NCBI RefSeq assembly: GCF_001194135.2
Contig: NC_068987.1
Location: 32,404,073 to 32,439,997 of the forward strand
DNA length: 35,925 bases
Origin: Octopus bimaculoides
Lineage: Eukaryota
Direction: 5' to 3'
A program made the translations under genes and the position numbers. This document shows, one piece after another, positions 33,927-35,925 of this stretch. The notes below the pieces were generated by a model. That model saw only the letters and a program-made list of their open reading frames with translations, was not told the DNA's origin and ran no database searches. Every line of letters begins with the position of its first letter. Position 1 is the first letter of the stretch.

Positions 33927-34531
33927 AACACGCAAACACGCACAAACAGACTTACAGTCACACTCACACATACGTGCAATCATACAAAGACGTACGCGAA
34001 CATATATAAATGCATGCAAAAGCGTACACATATGTAAGTATACATGTATATGCATACATATATACGTGCGAACATACCTACACACACACACACACACACA
34101 CCACTCACAAACATATACATGTGAATCCATTATACAATTATACACACGCACACACATATATTTAATTATATAATGGATTCACAGACTCCTTCGCACACCT
34201 TAACACACATATATGTATGCATACGAGTGTGTTTGTTTGTATGTGTCTGTGTGTATGTGCGAGCGTGTGTGTGCGCGCGAACATGTGAGTGTGCATATGT
34301 TCGTACTATGTTTTTTCTGTATGACTGTATGCATACCAGATGGAATTAAAAAAAATAATATTAGTGAAAGAGAAAAGTTATGAAATAAAATGAGAAAAGG
34401 GATGCTAAAGAAATGAAAGATATCTCACAAGATGATTGGAATTAAAATGGAAAGTAGAAAGTGCGAAAAAGGGAGGAACCGATACAAATGTACGTATAAC
34501 GTATACCGAAGTAGGGAATGACTGGAGAGTG

Positions 34532-34607
<76 letters not shown>

Positions 34608-35823
34608 NNNNNNNNNNNNNNNNNNNNNNNNNNNNNNNNNNNNNNNNNNNNNNNNNNNNNNNNNNNNNNNNNNNNNNNNNNNNNNNNNNNNNNNNNNNNN
34701 NNNNNNNNNNNNNNNNNNNNNNNNNNNNNNNNNNNNNNNNNNNNNNNNNNNNNNNNNNNNNNNNNNNNNNNNNNNNNNNNNNNNNNNNNNNNNNNNNNNN
34801 NNNNNNNNNNNNNNNNNNNNNNNNNNNNNNNNNNNNNNNNNNNNNNNNNNNNNNNNNNNNNNNNNNNNNNNNNNNNNNNNNNNNNNNNNNNNNNNNNNNN
34901 NNNNNNNNNNNNNNNNNNNNNNNNNNNNNNNNNNNNNNNNNNNNNNNNNNNNNNNNNNNNNNNNNNNNNNNNNNNNNNNNNNNNNNNNNNNNNNNNNNNN
35001 NNNNNNNNNNNNNNNNNNNNNNNNNNNNNNNNNNNNNNNNNNNNNNNNNNNNNNNNNNNNNNNNNNNNNNNNNNNNNNNNNNNNNNNNNNNNNNNNNNNN
35101 NNNNNNNNNNNNNNNNNNNNNNNNNNNNNNNNNNNNNNNNNNNNNNNNNNNNNNNNNNNNNNNNNNNNNNNNNNNNNNNNNNNNNNNNNNNNNNNNNNNN
35201 NNNNNNNNNNNNNNNNNNNNNNNNNNNNNNNNNNNNNNNNNNNNNNNNNNNNNNNNNNNNNNNNNNNNNNNNNNNNNNNNNNNNNNNNNNNNNNNNNNNN
35301 NNNNNNNNNNNNNNNNNNNNNNNNNNNNNNNNNNNNNNNNNNNNNNNNNNNNNNNNNNNNNNNNNNNNNNNNNNNNNNNNNNNNNNNNNNNNNNNNNNNN
35401 NNNNNNNNNNNNNNNNNNNNNNNNNNNNNNNNNNNNNNNNNNNNNNNNNNNNCAAATATCTTTTTTCTTCATATGAGTGAAAGTTTAGATAGAAGAAAGA
35501 AATGTGGAGCGTGCAGGGAGGTGGGGAGAAAAGGGGGCGAATGAAAGAGCAACAGTAAAAATATAAAATGAAACTAAATGAGGAAAAATTGTAGGAAGAT
35601 GTCGAAAAAAAGTTGTGAGTGAAGACAAGAGAAGAACAATTGAAGATAATAGAAAAAAAAAATGTCAGATAGATTGAAACTGAAATAACTTTTCGAAAAG
35701 GTGGGAAAATAAAGGATCGATAAATAGATAAATAAATGGGTGAGAACAGTGATGCAATGGATTTGATGTAAAAAAAAACTAAGTGTATGTGAGCGGTGTT
35801 TATATATATATATATATATATAT

Positions 35824-35857
<34 letters not shown>

Positions 35858-35925
35858 CTGTATATACGTATATGTGTATATATGCATACACGTATACCTG
35901 CACACATACATATATGCATACAGAT
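32680..35925. repeat. Terminal microsatellite and low-complexity field: (CA)n, (TA)n, A-rich tracts, two gaps
   Basis: Direct reading. Confidence 0.9.

Overview
Eukaryotic, AT-rich, very microsatellite-dense non-coding DNA with six assembly gaps (3,708 N, about 10%). The SINE families and simple-repeat load look like an Octopus (coleoid cephalopod) scaffold; this is inferred from recalled repeat families, not from a database search. I find no intact protein-coding gene: nearly all ORFs in the track are microsatellite or N-gap artefacts. What can be supported is a layered transposon landscape: two tRNA-derived SINE families (about 15 copies), a hAT MITE with a perfect 8-bp TSD, a mariner MITE carrying the transposase C-terminus, and decayed RTE, R4/Dong-like, CR1/L2-like and Penelope (GIY-YIG) retroelement remnants. 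The best leads beyond known repeats are (1) a gap-free 136-bp duplicated cassette (278-413 / 5951-6086, 79% identical) with a conserved short ORF, (2) two repeat-free blocks (7.3-8.3 kb, 24.5-25.3 kb) whose minus strands read like decayed cadherin/FN3-type exons, (3) promoter/first-exon-like segments at 4.1-4.3 and 5.75-6.2 kb, and (4) two A-A'-A overlapping hairpins. I cannot support a claim of a new biological system from the sequence alone.
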